Source: the human T2T-CHM13v2.0 reference genome, Homo sapiens. From it: a stretch of DNA of 64,000 nt. A program made the translations under genes and the position numbers. Below are positions 34,427 to 50,868 of the stretch, one piece after another. Positions within the stretch are counted from its first letter, which is position 1. Each line of letters begins with the position of its first letter. A model generated the notes under the pieces. The model was not told where the DNA came from and did no database searches. It was given only the letters and a program-made list of their open reading frames with translations. The stretch lies in NCBI RefSeq assembly GCF_009914755.1, contig NC_060937.1. The stretch is one strand, 5' to 3'.

Positions 34427-34689
34427 GCTGCCTGGGGACCGACGCTGGAGGCTGCCGGGGGGCACGAAGGGAAAGGGGCGAGGGGACTCGAGGAGCGGCG
34501 GGTGGCTGCGCCCCAGCCCGCGGTGCTCCGCTGGCTCCTCGCGGCTCTTCTGCCTCCGAGGCGGTCCCTCCCTCTGGCCTGCCTCCTCCCTCCCTCCCTT
34601 TCTTCCTTCTTTCCTCCCACCTCCTTCCCACTAGGCTGCAGAGGCGGGGAAGACCCGCCACAGGCTGGCGTGCGGAGCCCCAGGCCGGC

Positions 34690-35110
34690 GGCCTTCCGTG
34701 ATTAACGAGTGTTTACAAGACTCTATTAGTAATGACACAGACACCAATGGTTGGAGACGTCGAGGCGCAGCGCGCACTCTACGCACAACCCCTCGAAACA
34801 TAATTTGCATTTTAAAAGATAAAGGGGAGGGAGGCTCGTGAGAGGGCAGCGACCTGACACAGCTAAATATTCAAACCTTTATTGTTAAGAGCTTCCTCCT
34901 TCCAACCTGGTGCACTTTAACCTCCAATCACAGGTTCAAAGAATGAAATCAAGAGACTTACAAAAGAGAGGGGAAGAGAAAAGGCTATCTTGGTAGGAAT
35001 CTGAGCTTGGAGACAGGAGCAGTGGTTGTTTATGCATTTGCAGGGAAGAGGGCGGTCAAGAAACTCCTTCTGTCCCAAAGAGAAAAGAAAAGAGAACCAT
35101 TGCTTTGATG
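34690..35110 (-). promoter_or_regulatory. CDX2 proximal promoter
   Basis: Repeat-free sequence upstream of the GC-rich 5' UTR. Motifs: AT-rich TATA-like element about 34722-34733, CCAAT 34744-34748, octamer ATTTGCAT 34803-34810, CDX-type TTTATTG 34878-34884, TCF/LEF TTCAAAG 34935-34941 and CTTTGAT 35103-35109. Confidence 0.75.
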
Positions 35111-35769
35111 AGAACGTTTCTGACCAACCTGGTAGGTGACAAGCAGAGAGCCCTAAGAGATGGGCCATTCCTTCCCGCCCTGTGCTCCTGGCCCGGACGA
35201 CTGCAGCCCCAAACAACTGTCACCTCCAGTTATTTTCTTGCCCAAGGAAATTACTCGCCCTCCGCACAAGACAAATTATGATCCTAGATTCAGGCTGCAT
35301 CTCTGACTTCATCTTACATTTGAAATTTGAGTTAAATTCAAGCGATTTATTGTTAAACGTTTACATTCAAGAATCAGAAGTTTTAAACTACAGAAGTAAT
35401 GGGCATGTGGTAGAAGTTAGGCTAGTGGTTATTGGCGTGCATAACTGGAGGCGAGCTAGGGGATCGTTGGTAAAGCAGTTTCTTAGGCTGCTGGTTACAC
35501 AGAATGTCAGTTTGTGAAAATTCATTGAGCTACACTTGTATGTTTATTATACTTAAATATAAGGAAAAGAGAATTTCTGCTAATGCTTACCTAGGTATTT
35601 ATGTGTCTTACATCATACCTGTATCTTTAAAACTCTCTGTCCTTTACAAAGGGAAACGTTCTCCGAAGAAATTTATTTCTCATTTCCAGGAGATGATAAG
35701 GCAACTCAGGGCCATTATTAACGACTGCTAATGAAAAGCTCTGAGTTGAGAAAGGATCTCTCTTGGTTT

Positions 35770-36130
35770 GGGAAGCGCTGCGGCCAAGGGGCCTAGGGCT
35801 GGAAGTGGCCGTCTTGGGGACCGAAGCCGCGCAGCCCGGGATCGGGAGCTGCCCCGACAGGAGCGCGGAGGCGGCGAGATTCGGCCCCCGCGCGCGCCCA
35901 GCTCGGTTTCAGCAACCGCGTGGAGTGGGCCTGCGGCCGCCGTTCACCTCCTATACAAGCCTTTGACAGCGCTGCCAGATTCGGGAATGAGGATCACTGC
36001 GGCGAGGCCCGGCGGGCTGGGCAGCCTGACTCGGCGGCTTTGAGCGCTCTCAGAACCCGCGGGCGCTCGCGGCACTCCTGGAGACCTGCACTTGTCTGTT
36101 CTCATTGTCAAGCGTTTCGCTCGGATATTT
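35770..36130. promoter_or_regulatory. Small CpG island upstream of CDX2
   Basis: Local CpG enrichment. Confidence 0.7.
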
Positions 36131-38215
36131 GTCACCATCGCCTTCATCCTGTCATTTCTAGGGTGCTCGCCAGTGTCCTTTATCTCCCTTGAGCCTCACA
36201 TCCCCCTAGGATCTAGAACAAAATCTGGGAGGTGTTTTTATCCTCCCCATTTTACAGGTGACAACCAGCAACTTGCCTCTGCAGACACCTGAAAGCGATC
36301 AGAACTAGCCTAGGGCTGCGGGATCCCCTGTTTTCTGGTTCCTCCCACCCTTCGTGTTTGTAAGGAAGAAGGCTGAAAATGGGGGTGGTGGGGTACTCAG
36401 GGGCCAAGGAGCTGTGCACTCAAGAGGTGGGAGACCGAGCTGGTCCTCCTGGGGGACTTCCAGCGCCTGGCCTGGACAGCCGAGTGTCATCGGACTTCCT
36501 GAGAAATACAACCGGAAACAAATTGCAAACCCCGTTACAAAATCCGAATCATTGAGAGAAGGGCAGTAGGGGAGGTCCGCAGACCTGATGGGGTGGGAAT
36601 GTGGGAGGTTAAGTGGTGGGCACTTCGAACTTTTGATCTAGCAAACATCTTCCTCCTCTTCCTGGAGACACAATTCCCCTTTCCATCCCCCATACCATCC
36701 CCGCTCCCAGGCCTGAGCTCTGGAAGCCGAGGCTGAGGCTCCAGCCTATGTCTTCGGAATGCGGGCATTCTTTGGAACAATCGCTTTATTAGGGACAGCC
36801 ATTCCCTCCGCCCTGCGGTGGCCGCTTCCTGCTTTTTTATGGCCCAGGCTGCCGGCCGCTGGCTAATTGTCCCTGTTTTCCAGCTGTGTCTCTGTGCTGT
36901 GCCCTGAAGACCTGGCTCTGGCCTGCTCATCCAACTGCTTTGGGAGTGGCCAGGGCTGCTCTGGCCCCTCAGGTCAAGCCAGGCCTCAGAGCAGGCCAAG
37001 CCACAGGGAAGCCCGAGGCTCACTTGGAGTGCTCCAGCCATGGAAAGGAAATCATTGTGAACACGAATGTTTCCCTCATTGCAAAAAATGGGTCTCCTTA
37101 GCAATGGCATGGCACAGCTGTGGTCCCAGGGTCTAGACCTGTTCGGTGAGGGGAAAGGAGCTGGTAAATGATGTCCTCGGACAAGCTTCTTAGAATGTAA
37201 GCGTCCCCATACATCCTGGTTGCTCTCAGCCAGGAGAGGGCCCAGCTGGGTCCCTGAAAAGGCAGGGTTGTGGGAGCAGTCAGAGAGGGGTAGAAGGTGG
37301 CTGACAGAACTCTAGGAGCCTGGTTGTCTTGGCATTTAGACAGCCCTGGCCCCTAGCAGGTTGGTGCCCCATGACTGGCCTCTGGAGATTCGCTCTGCTC
37401 AGGGGCAGCCTCTCCAGCTTCTAAGTGCAGGCCTGTGTCCCTGGGAGGAGGCAGAAGCCACCCACATCAAGGCCCCATGCAGGGCTTTCTTAGTCCTAGG
37501 CCCCAGGTGCTTGGCATCTTTCTTAGGAGCCTTTTGGCCTGCACTGAGAAGCCCCCAGGAAGGGACAGGGATGGTCATCCCTAACCCTCGATGCCAGAAG
37601 GGCCCTTCTACCCTGTAAGTCCTGCTGCTGGGCCAGAGAAGCCTGTAGCAACTCACTCTGGGAGAGGCAAACTTGTTTGGGAAGCTTGGGCCTGCGGTTG
37701 GCCTAGGGCTGAAACTGCAACCCCACAGAGCCAGAGCTAGAGCTGACATCTAAGGGCAGCAAAGGGTGGGGAAAAAAAGAGACCCTGGTAAATGAAGCAA
37801 CAGTAAAACTGCAGGAGTGGCCACGATCAGGTTATCAAAAGGATGCCTCTGTTACTGACAGAGTAGAGGCCATTCCACATTCTTCAGAGAGGGTCCAGGC
37901 ATGCAGGATCCTGGCTGGTGGCAAGGGCAGGGGCCACAAAGGGGGTGGGAAGCAGGAGGCTGTTGGAAGGGCGGGCTGCCCCTCCAAGCAGATGAAAAAC
38001 TCCTGAAATCCAGACGTCACTGACACAGCTCCCTCCCTGTTCAAAGGTCCTAATATTTGCTCTGACTAAGGGGACCATGCTCTGCCCGATATTTGTGGCT
38101 CCTGGAAACTGGGGAGCCCATTGGCTAACATAACCCAGTTAGGGCAGGCCATCTCTATCCACCTTAGTATGTAGGTTGACTTTCTGAATCTTTTTTAGAT
38201 CAAGAAAATTGTCCA

Positions 38216-40574
<2,359 letters not shown>

Positions 40575-40789
40575 TCAGAACTGATATCCTGTGGCTAATC
40601 TCTAGAAATGTGTCATATTTAAAATGGGTAAAGATCATGTATAGAATTTATGTTGCCCTTTTCCCTTTCTTTCCTTCCAATTTTAGTGTCTGTAGACATC
40701 TTTTGGGCACACAGACCAAAATGCCTACCTTTCTGGGTTAATAAAGAGGAGGCCCCATTCCGTATCCCAGTTAAGTTACACAGGTGAGT

Positions 40790-41570
40790 GACAAGCCCGG
40801 GTCGGCTCCTGAGTTCTCATCCGGAGCTGCGCTCTCCCGTCTCTTTACTGGGAGCGTTCTCCTGCCGGGGCTTGGACATTTCCAAGGGAAGTGAAAATCC
40901 ACAAAGCTGCCCCCACTTCGTAAGGGCCTGTGCCTGGAGGGTCGTCGGGTTACAGAAATTGAAATCAGCTCTTTGCCTTCCAACTCTTCTTGGCCTTGCC
41001 ACCGCGATTGGTTTTGTTTTCTTTGTTTTTAACGAATTGGTAAGTAAAATATTAGTTGTTCACCCTGAAATCTGCCCTAACCACTTCCGTACCCCCTGAA
41101 GCTCGCTGGGCGCGCCCTGGGCTGTCCTTCCCTGAGCAGCCGGGCCTAGAGTCAAGGCGCGATGATTGCCGCGCAAGCTAGGGTCCACGCGGCCGGGGCT
41201 CCTCTCCCGCCTCGGGCGCACCAGAGGCCAGAAAGCGGAAAGCGGCTCTGCCAGGCCAAGGCCGACAGAAACCGAGAGCATGTCGCTATTTGCCGGAGAG
41301 AACTGCCCTGCCAGGCTGCCACAGGTGACTTGCCCGCGCGAGCCACGGCCTCTGCGCAGAGCTCCTCCCGAAGGGGAGAGTCAGAGCCACCCGCGGGTTT
41401 GGTCGGGGCTCTTCCCAGCCCGGCGTCCACGCCCCGCGTCCTGCGCTCGCCCTTGCGGCTGCTTATGCTCAGGTGTTTCGGAAGAGGCGCCGCGCAGCCA
41501 GCTCTCTGTCCCTTCAGCTCCAGCTCCTTCTAAAGGGACAGACTCAGCGTCTGCCCCCATCTGCACCCCT
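40790..41570. promoter_or_regulatory. CpG island between CDX2 and URAD
   Basis: Local CpG enrichment outside any Alu. Confidence 0.75.
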
Positions 41571-42749
41571 TCCCGCAGGAATAAAATCATTTTCCGGACA
41601 AGCTTGGAACTGTTGAAATGTAACTATGTAATTGGAGACACCGGGGTCGTGTCTGGGAGATTCTGAGCTCATCTACACTCTTGCTAAACTGCGGGGAACC
41701 CAGCCCTGGTGGGATCTGTGCATCTCACATGAGCTTTTTTACATAAAGAGCACAGACGCTGCATTTGGGGCCTGGTTTATCTAAGCGTGGGGTTTACCCC
41801 CAGGCTTGGGACTGGGTGCCCCGAACACAGTGGATTATTCTGAGTCTTAGGCCCAGCCTTGGTATTTGGGTCCTGGGTCAGAAAATCCTCTTTACCAAGC
41901 AGCAAGTTATTGTGTGTGTCAGGAAATCCCCCAGGTTACCCTGGCTAGAGAGAGGCAGGTGTCTGGCCCAGGCCTAGCACCCCACCATTGTTGCAGGGTC
42001 CCAAAGAACAGGAGCGAGCCACGGAACTTTCTTCATGGTGTGCACTCGGCGCTCCTACACCCAGAGAAGGTGTCTGGCCACAAGCCTAGGGACGCTGGTA
42101 GCACAGCCCGCTTTCCTAACACCTGCCCCACTACCAGCTTCTATTTCCTTCAGCCTTACCACAGCAGGAAACACTGTGAGATGGGAACGGGAAAAGGGCT
42201 TCCTTGCCTAAAATTCCTAGTGCTTCAGGAATGATTTATTTCTATGGAACATCAGCCCCAGAACCAAGGGTGCAGCCACGCAGCTCTTTATGGAAAGGTT
42301 TCCTTGCTGCTGTTGCTGCTGCTGCTGCTAACCCTGGACACAGTTGGTGACTAATAGAAGCTCTTGTCTTCAAAAGGGCCACCTCTGGCCTTCGCCTATT
42401 ACCTTGTCTTTGTTGGGGAGACCATGGGTGTTTCATTTCTCCTCTGCCAATAGAAGCCTAAGTAGTATTTGTTGGGGCTCTTTACACCTTCCCTGTGTTG
42501 GGGGGGGCGGGGGGGTGTCGACGGGTGGTAGAATGTGGTGGGCTCCTCCGCAGGATGCTAATGTACTTTCCCCCAGTGGACAGTCTGGCTGCTGGTACAG
42601 GAAGCTGCCCAGCCTAATAGGGGTCTGAAACTCCAGGGCTGACAAGCAAAGATTTCTATGGGCACTTCCCTCCATTTAATCGACACTGCAATCTCGCTTC
42701 ATTCTGGGGTCCAAATACCCAGCGCTGCTCAATGTTACTATTTTAATAA

Positions 42750-44230
42750 CTGATGGGTTTCCCGGGGCAGTCGAGCCACCCCCCCAAAGCCGACCTCCGG
42801 GAGAGATCTTTAGCTGGACGCCTCCCGCCTTTTAGGAGCGATGGCTGCAACTATTCCGTCCGTCCCCACGGGGCGCCTTCCCAACCCTTCGGTTGGCTCT
42901 TCCCTTCGCAGGGCTCTTCCCGGCCCACCGCCTCCTTCCTGCGGCTTCCCCGGCTCCCCAGGCCGGACCGAGGCCAGCGTTTGACTTTCCTGGCTCCCAG
43001 TCTGCTCCCCTAGTGCCCAAGAGCGAGAACACCGCTTCCGCTCACATGTAAAGGTCGGGCGCAGCAAATGAAGTGGGAAAAGAGAAAAACAGACAAACCG
43101 CTGTGGCATAAAAGATTCCTTTTCCGTCCGTTTTGCTTTGCAGTTCGGGCTTAGCAGGAGAGGGTTGGGGAGAACTGGATAAACGCTTTGGAATCCACAA
43201 AGGCCGGTGGTGTCGGGGGCCGCAAAGGGAGTGAAGAATTGAAGCAGTGAGCTGGATAAATCCGGGGCAAAGCACTAAACAATATGGATATTTTGGCAAC
43301 GCGTGCGCGTGTGGGTGGGCGGACAAAAGGACTCATTACTCGTATGATTGCCTCAATTCTCCACTTCCTTTGTGCACGTGTGTGGACGCTGTTCCAGGCC
43401 CGAGTCCGCCTCCCGCCCAGGACGCACAGCTCCGGGCCGTGGCCCCCGCGCGTCCGGTTGTGCGTCCCGGGTCCCTGGCCCGCGCGGCAGCTACAGCTTG
43501 GCGGGGTCTGCGCGGAGGAGGTCGGCCAGGCGCAGGCTGCCGATCTTCTTCACCTCGCCCAGAGCAGTGCGCAGCTCCTGCGCGGACGGGCAGAGCAGCC
43601 GGCGCGCCAGCTCGCGCGGCACCGCCGTCCGGTCGCTGAAGCGCGCGGCGAGCACGAAGGGGAAACCGAAGCGCGCGCGGTACTGCGCGTTGAGCTCGGC
43701 CAGCCGCAGCCGCTCGTCCGCGCCCAGGCTCCTCAGGCCTGCGCCGCTCTGTTCCCGCTGCGACTCGGCCGTGAGCGTGCCCCGCTGCAGCTCGCTGCCC
43801 GCCAGGTCCGGGTGGCAGCGCAGGATGCCCTCCTGGCCTGCGGAGAAGCACAGACACCGGCGGGAGCGCGTCAACCGCGCCCGTCCCGCACCGCGCACTC
43901 GAGGGGGCGCGTAGGCCGCGCCCGGCCCCCCTGCCCCGCCCCGCCCCGCCCGGCCCCAAAGAAGGCTGCGGGAGGGTGAAGTAGAGTACCCAGGCGGTGA
44001 TGTCCTGGCGGAACAGGGGCGCCCTTGGCGCGCCCCTCTAACAAGTCCTGGACCTTGCGCTTCTCGGTCCCCACTACATTCGGTCGGGACCAGGATCCAG
44101 GGGCGGGGCGGGAAGTGACACGTTTGTCTTTTGAGACCTTGGGTCAAGAAGAGCGGAGGAGAGAGAGGGCGGCCGCTGAGGCTCGGAATTTACGACTAGG
44201 TCGGGAGGGAGCAGAGACGCGATAAGGATC
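42750..44230. promoter_or_regulatory. CpG island over URAD exon 2
   Basis: Extremely CpG-rich, with tandem GC boxes at 43920-43957. Confidence 0.9.
43491..43837 (-). CDS. URAD: URAD coding exon 2 (347 bp; HPDLAG and SQREQ motifs, FGFPFV, PTS1 AKL)
   Basis: Acceptor TGCTTCTCCGCAG| at 43838. Reads GQEGILRCHPDLAG...SQREQ...RFGFPFVLAAR...ADPAKL then TAG. Exons total 175+347=522 nt = 173 aa plus stop. Confidence 0.97.
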
Positions 44231-45649
44231 CTGAGCTTTTCCTATCTTTCAAAGTCCTTTGCTCTCAGGGGGGGCTTTGATGTCTAAAGGGGCCGGACGC
44301 AAGGGCCTGAAGACTTCCTGCAAAAGCTCTGGAATGGGTTTCGTTCTGCTCCAAAGGAGAACGGACAGGGGCGGGGTGCATCCATAGGGATAACATCCAT
44401 GGGGCTCGGCAAATAAATGCCCTGGATTTTGTGACCCTAAGTGTGAGTTCTGGGTTTCTGGAATCAGGCATCCAAAGAGCCTTGCAGATGATTAACTGCA
44501 AAGAAACCCACCTCTAGCCAGAGTTCCACAGCCCTTTGAATGAAAGTGGCTTTCCTCTATTTAGGAAACTGCACCCACCCATCCCCCACCGGCCCGGGAC
44601 TTATTCCCCTTCTCCGACTGTAGATCCCAGAGGCCCCAGAGAACAGCGTTTACTTGAAGGAAATCTTTGCATAATCTCCTAGGCCTAAAATTGAAAAACT
44701 CTGGCGAGTTACCTGTGATTTTCAGTCCCAGGGATTTCACGGAGTTAGCGCTGGGCAATCATCTTGCTCAGCTCTCTAAAGTGAAAATTAGAACCCTCGG
44801 GGCGAGGCAAGATTCCAGATATGGTGAGCAGGGCGCTATGATTTGTAAAATGCGGGTGACGCCTAACTTGCTTTAGAGTTGTGAGGATTAGAGACAATTC
44901 ATTTACTTAAAACACATCGCCTAATACCTAGTAAACAGAAACAGTCATTATTAGTTGTAGTAAACCCAGTGGAACTGGACTGAAGTGCCTCAGGAAGTAC
45001 CTGTCTCTGTATCTCAGTAAAGCGGTTGTCCGCCTCTGGCGCTGGGAATAGGCGTGGGGTCTGTTGGAAAAGGCGCGCACGTAAAACACCGTTCAATGAA
45101 TTTTATCTCAAAGAAGCTGAAAATTAAACCCCCTGTAAGGTAGACGTCCTCTTCCTCAAACTTATTGTTTCTGTCTAATAAAAGGATGATTGATAGTGCA
45201 CCATCTAACTCATGAACTAATTTCTCCCTGAAAGACACGGAGAACTGGGGGTAACATCCCCGTGTAAGAGAGGATTCAGTGAAGGCTGAAAAAGAACTAG
45301 TGACCTGCCTAGGGTCACTCACCACACTGCGCCTGGACCCTCTACTCCAAATCACAGGCGTTTTCAGGGCACGGCTGCCCCTGCAAGGTTAAGGAAAGTT
45401 CAAAACGAAAGTCATGTCACCTATAATCCCATCCCTCTAACACCACTGTTTTTTGTTTTTTGTGTGTTTTTTCAAGACAGCTCTGTCGCCCGGGATGGAG
45501 TGCAGTGGGGCGATCTTGGCTCACTGCAACCTCTGCCTCCTGGGTTCAAGCGATCCTCCCGCCTCGGCCTCCTAAAGTGCTGGGATTACAGGTGTGAGCC
45601 ACCGAGCCGGCCTAACACCACTGTGATAGAGCCCTTCTGGTAGGTGTCC

Positions 45650-46320
45650 TGCCCCTCGGGCACTGCAAACAGGAACGGGTCTTTCCCGCTTCCCGCGTCC
45701 AGCTCCGTCAGGGTAGTGCGAAAATGTGAGAATTAAATTCCCCACCTGGGGGAGCAGCCCCAGCCCTGTGCCCGGGGTTGGTCGTGCCACGCGGCCACTT
45801 GTCAGGCCTGGGGAACCGAGCTCAGCTCCCGCCCGGATCCCCTCCGCGCTCACCCAGGCCCAGGACGGTAACCTGCCCGGGCTGCGGAGGAGGGGAAAGT
45901 GCGAGTCTTGGGCGGCTGGACCTTCCGCGCCTCCTCTTCAGGTGTTCGGAGTTTCAGAGCAGCCGCTAGGTCCCCCGCCCAGTCAGGGGACTTCCCTCCC
46001 CACCGTTGCATGCTGTCTGGAGGATCAGCCCAAGCTGCGAGGGAGGTGGTCACTGGTGGGAGGCCCGGGCGCGGGGTCTGTCGTCTTGCCGCCCCCACCA
46101 GGCTCCCGGCGCAGGCCGCGCAGCAGAGGGAGGCGGCGGCGGCGTCCCGCCAACGTGGCGTACCCCGAGCCCCCTTCTTGCCCTTGGTGCCCTCGCATCT
46201 CGCTTCTCACTCTCTAGAGTTTGTCTCCCGCTTGGAAACGTCGCCCGGGGTTAATGTTTGCCTAGAACTGAGCACGAGTTTTCCACTCTTGCAGCGCGAG
46301 AAGAGAAAAGACGCAGATAA
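45650..46320. promoter_or_regulatory. CpG island in the URAD intron
   Basis: CpG-rich, repeat-free sequence. Confidence 0.75.
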
Positions 46321-46393
46321 ACTAGCAGAGCAAAGGGCAGAAGAAAAGAGACTAAAAAGGAGAAACTAGAATTTACTCTCTGTTTCAGTCGCT

Positions 46394-46394
46394 T

Positions 46395-46445
<51 letters not shown>
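46394..46445. repeat. (CT)n microsatellite
   Basis: Read directly from the sequence. Confidence 0.95.
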
Positions 46446-48485
46446 TAGCTGCGCCTAACAAGAAAAAGGTGTGAGGAATCAGGTAGAGGATGGTAGCTCG
46501 GAAGAAACAGAGCCTGACCTCACCTGGCCAGATATCCAATCTTCATTGCCCCAAACCACTGGACCCTTGAGTAAGTACATCGGGAATGGTGTCTATGTGT
46601 CCACTGGCCTGCAGCAAGGACCCAGTTCCCTGCCAGCGCCAGTATGCTATCCCTAAGCTGTGCCCATAAGCCCCAGTGGGAGGCTGGATACTGGGCAAGT
46701 AGGTGCCCTCTCCTTGCCTCCAGTCCTCAGTGTTCCCCACCTGGAAGCCCAGGCGCTAGGCAGGCCAGTCAGACAGCCCGTGGTTCTCAGGGAATCTAGG
46801 TACTGCCCGTTCTTCAGTCTTTCTTGAAAATCTGGACTTACCTCCTAAGCATTGGTGTGTCACGTCTAGAGATGTAGGTGTGGATGTGTGTTATTTGCCG
46901 GGACCACAGGACCTGAATCTTTACACCTAGAAGAATTCCTGGCACAGAGCAGACACTCATTGTTCTATGGGAGAGGAACAGGGCAGGCAATTGTGGCCAT
47001 GGAAGCTCAGAATCCCGTAACAGTCCAACTGCCTCCTGGTCCATACCCAGTGGTATCTGGGTATGTTCTTACCCCTGGTACGATGGACAATCTTCCTATG
47101 GAAGGCCAACCCCTCCATTTGTGTTCTTGAAGCTAGCTCTCCTTTCCTGTCAAAGACTTTGCTTCTGCAATTTCAAATATCTATTTCTCCATCCCCACAC
47201 CGCTTACCCTTATCAATGTGCAAACATGCCTTAGAATCCCTCATCCCATAAACAATATTAACGTTCTCCCTTGATTCCCTGTTGCTCTCTTGTTTCTCCC
47301 TATTTCTCTGCTCCTCCTTACAGAAAAGACCTTAGAGTTGTCTCCTGGCCTCTCCACTTCCTGACCTCCCTTTCCAGGCTCACTCTGTCACGTTTCGAGC
47401 CACTGTACCAACTGATCTGCACTCATTAAGGGCATCTTGCCTGAGCCCAAAGACCAATGCCTGACCTCTTCTTTCTCAACCTCTCCAGACCATGTCACCT
47501 GATTGGCCCTCTCTCCTTAAAAAATGACTATAAACGGCCGGGCACAGTGACTCATGCCTGTAATCCCAGCACTTTGGGAGGCCGAGGCGGGTGGATCACC
47601 AGGTCAGGAGTTCGAGACCAGCCTGACCAACGTGGTGAAACCTCGTCTCTACTAAAAATACAAAAATTAGCTGGGCATAGTGGCACGCGCCTATAATCCC
47701 AGCTACTCAAGGCAGGAGAATTACTTGAACCCGGGAGGCGGAGGTTACAGTGAGCTGAGATTGCGCCACTGCACTCCAACTTGGGTGACAGAGCAAGACT
47801 CTGTCTCAAAAAAAATGACTACCACTTACCTTCAGAGACATCCTTTGCCTACTTTCATCTTGCTCTGCCAGATAGGTCACTAGCACTAGTACCACAGGAC
47901 TCAGTACCCACATCTCATCCCTTTGTTGTTTACACCAATGTACTTACTAAGTGCCCTCAGCCAGTCGTAGGGTTTGAAATGCCATCCATTCTTTGATGAC
48001 AGCAAGATATACTTTAGCCCTCAGTGTTTCACCAAGCTCCTCTGTTTTGATGCAACTGAGCAGTCAGCATTTTCATCTGGATGATTTTTGGGTATCTTAG
48101 ACTCAGCAAGCTCCTTCCTCCATCCTGTCTTCTAAACTCTAAGTCTTCCTCAACTCGGAAAATGGTACCACCACCCACCCAGTGGCTCAGACTGAAAACT
48201 TAGGAGTGACCATTCAGCTCTGTTTCTGATCTGCCTTCTGTCATCAAATCCATTTAAAAAAATCCTGTTGACTCTAACTGTAAGCCCTATTCTGAGAATC
48301 CATTCGCATCTCTCCATCTCTACTGCGCCAACCACAGTCCAAGCAACCTCAACTCTTACTCTTACTACTGCAGTGGCCCCTCGACCTGGCCCCCTGCATC
48401 TGACATAGCCCCCACATCACCATCCTAAAGCATAAACCCCAGTGACCCATTGCAAATGGAGAAGCAAGTTCCTTATTAGACCTAA

Positions 48486-48794
<309 letters not shown>

Positions 48795-49390
48795 TAGTAG
48801 AGACCGGGTTTCACCGTGTTGGCCAGGCTGGTCTCGAACTCCTGACCTCAAGTGATCCATCTGCCTCATCCTCCCAAAGTGCTAGGATTACAGGCATGAG
48901 CCACCACGCCCAGCCAGGTTCCTTTTCTATGAGTGGCCTCATCCTAGATTTCAGCTACTTATTTCTCATCCTTTGGTCTTAAACTTAAATTAACCTCCTA
49001 AGAAAGACCACCTTTATTACATATTTTCTGCCATATTACATATATTTTTTCTGGGAATTTCTAGAACCTGAAATAATGGTATTTTTAATGTTAATCCTGT
49101 CTCTCTTCACTAGAATGTAAGCTCATTTAAGGCAAGGACTTGTCTTGGTCACTACCCCGTTCCCAGTGCCCACAACAATCCCTGGGGCACAGTGGGCACT
49201 CAGTGAATATTTTTTGACCAACACAGCACTTTTGGTAAGGAGTGTTTCATTTTGTTTTGTTTTGTTTTGTTTTCTGAATAAACAAACACATTTTAATAGC
49301 TTGATCCAAAACCCTCATAGCCTGTATTATAAGGAACTTATTAGTATCCAACTCCATTCATTCAACAAAAATGTTGTTTAATAAGCATAA

Positions 49391-49615
<225 letters not shown>

Positions 49616-50199
49616 TAACTCTTATGAAAGTTGTATTGCTCTTTAATTTCATAACACAAATCCGTCCTGAATTTCTTCAGTTAGTGCATGTGAGTTTCAA
49701 CTTTCTTCCCTTTACTAATTGTCCGTTCTCTTTCCTAGAAAACCTTTGCCTCATCTTTAATCTGTGGGAACTGATTGGCTGGAGAAGGTACTTTGCCCAA
49801 TAGCACTAGAGCTCAATATTAATCCTGGACTGCCACCTACTGGCCAATAATCATCATAGCAGAACCTAAATGGACTCGCCCTTAGTCTAGAAACCCAGTT
49901 TTGTTTTCTGTTAATGGTGGAGGTTTTTCTTCAGTCACCAAAACAAATACATGACTAGGTAGACCACTGTAACTTGAACGTCTCTCTAAGGTACCTTCTT
50001 TTTAGATTCAAATAATCTATTTCACCCAGTTTGCTTCTTACTATTCAAAGGGTAAAGCTAGACTGTAATAAATCCCATTTTAAGGCTGGGCGCGGTGGCT
50101 CACACCAGTAATCCCAGCAGTTTGGGAGGCCGAGGTGGGCGGATCACAAGGTCAGGAGATTGAGACCATCCTGGCTAACACGGTGAAACCCCGTCTCTA

Positions 50200-50482
<283 letters not shown>

Positions 50483-50552
50483 TCAAGCTTTTTAATATAT
50501 CTATCACCTCACATATTTATCATTTTTTGGTAGTAAGAACATTTAAAATCTA

Positions 50553-50868
<316 letters not shown>

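Larger units (their letters stand above)
31450..34790. promoter_or_regulatory. CpG island covering CDX2 exon 1 and much of intron 1
   Basis: Extended CpG-rich, repeat-free sequence. Confidence 0.9.

Noticed and set aside
33708-34634. 308-aa antisense ORF over CDX2 exon 1
   Set aside because: TTG start. Antisense shadow of a GC-rich coding exon.
43491-44147. 218-aa single-exon URAD-like ORF
   Set aside because: TTG start in the intron. The real frame joins exon 1 through the canonical acceptor at 43838.
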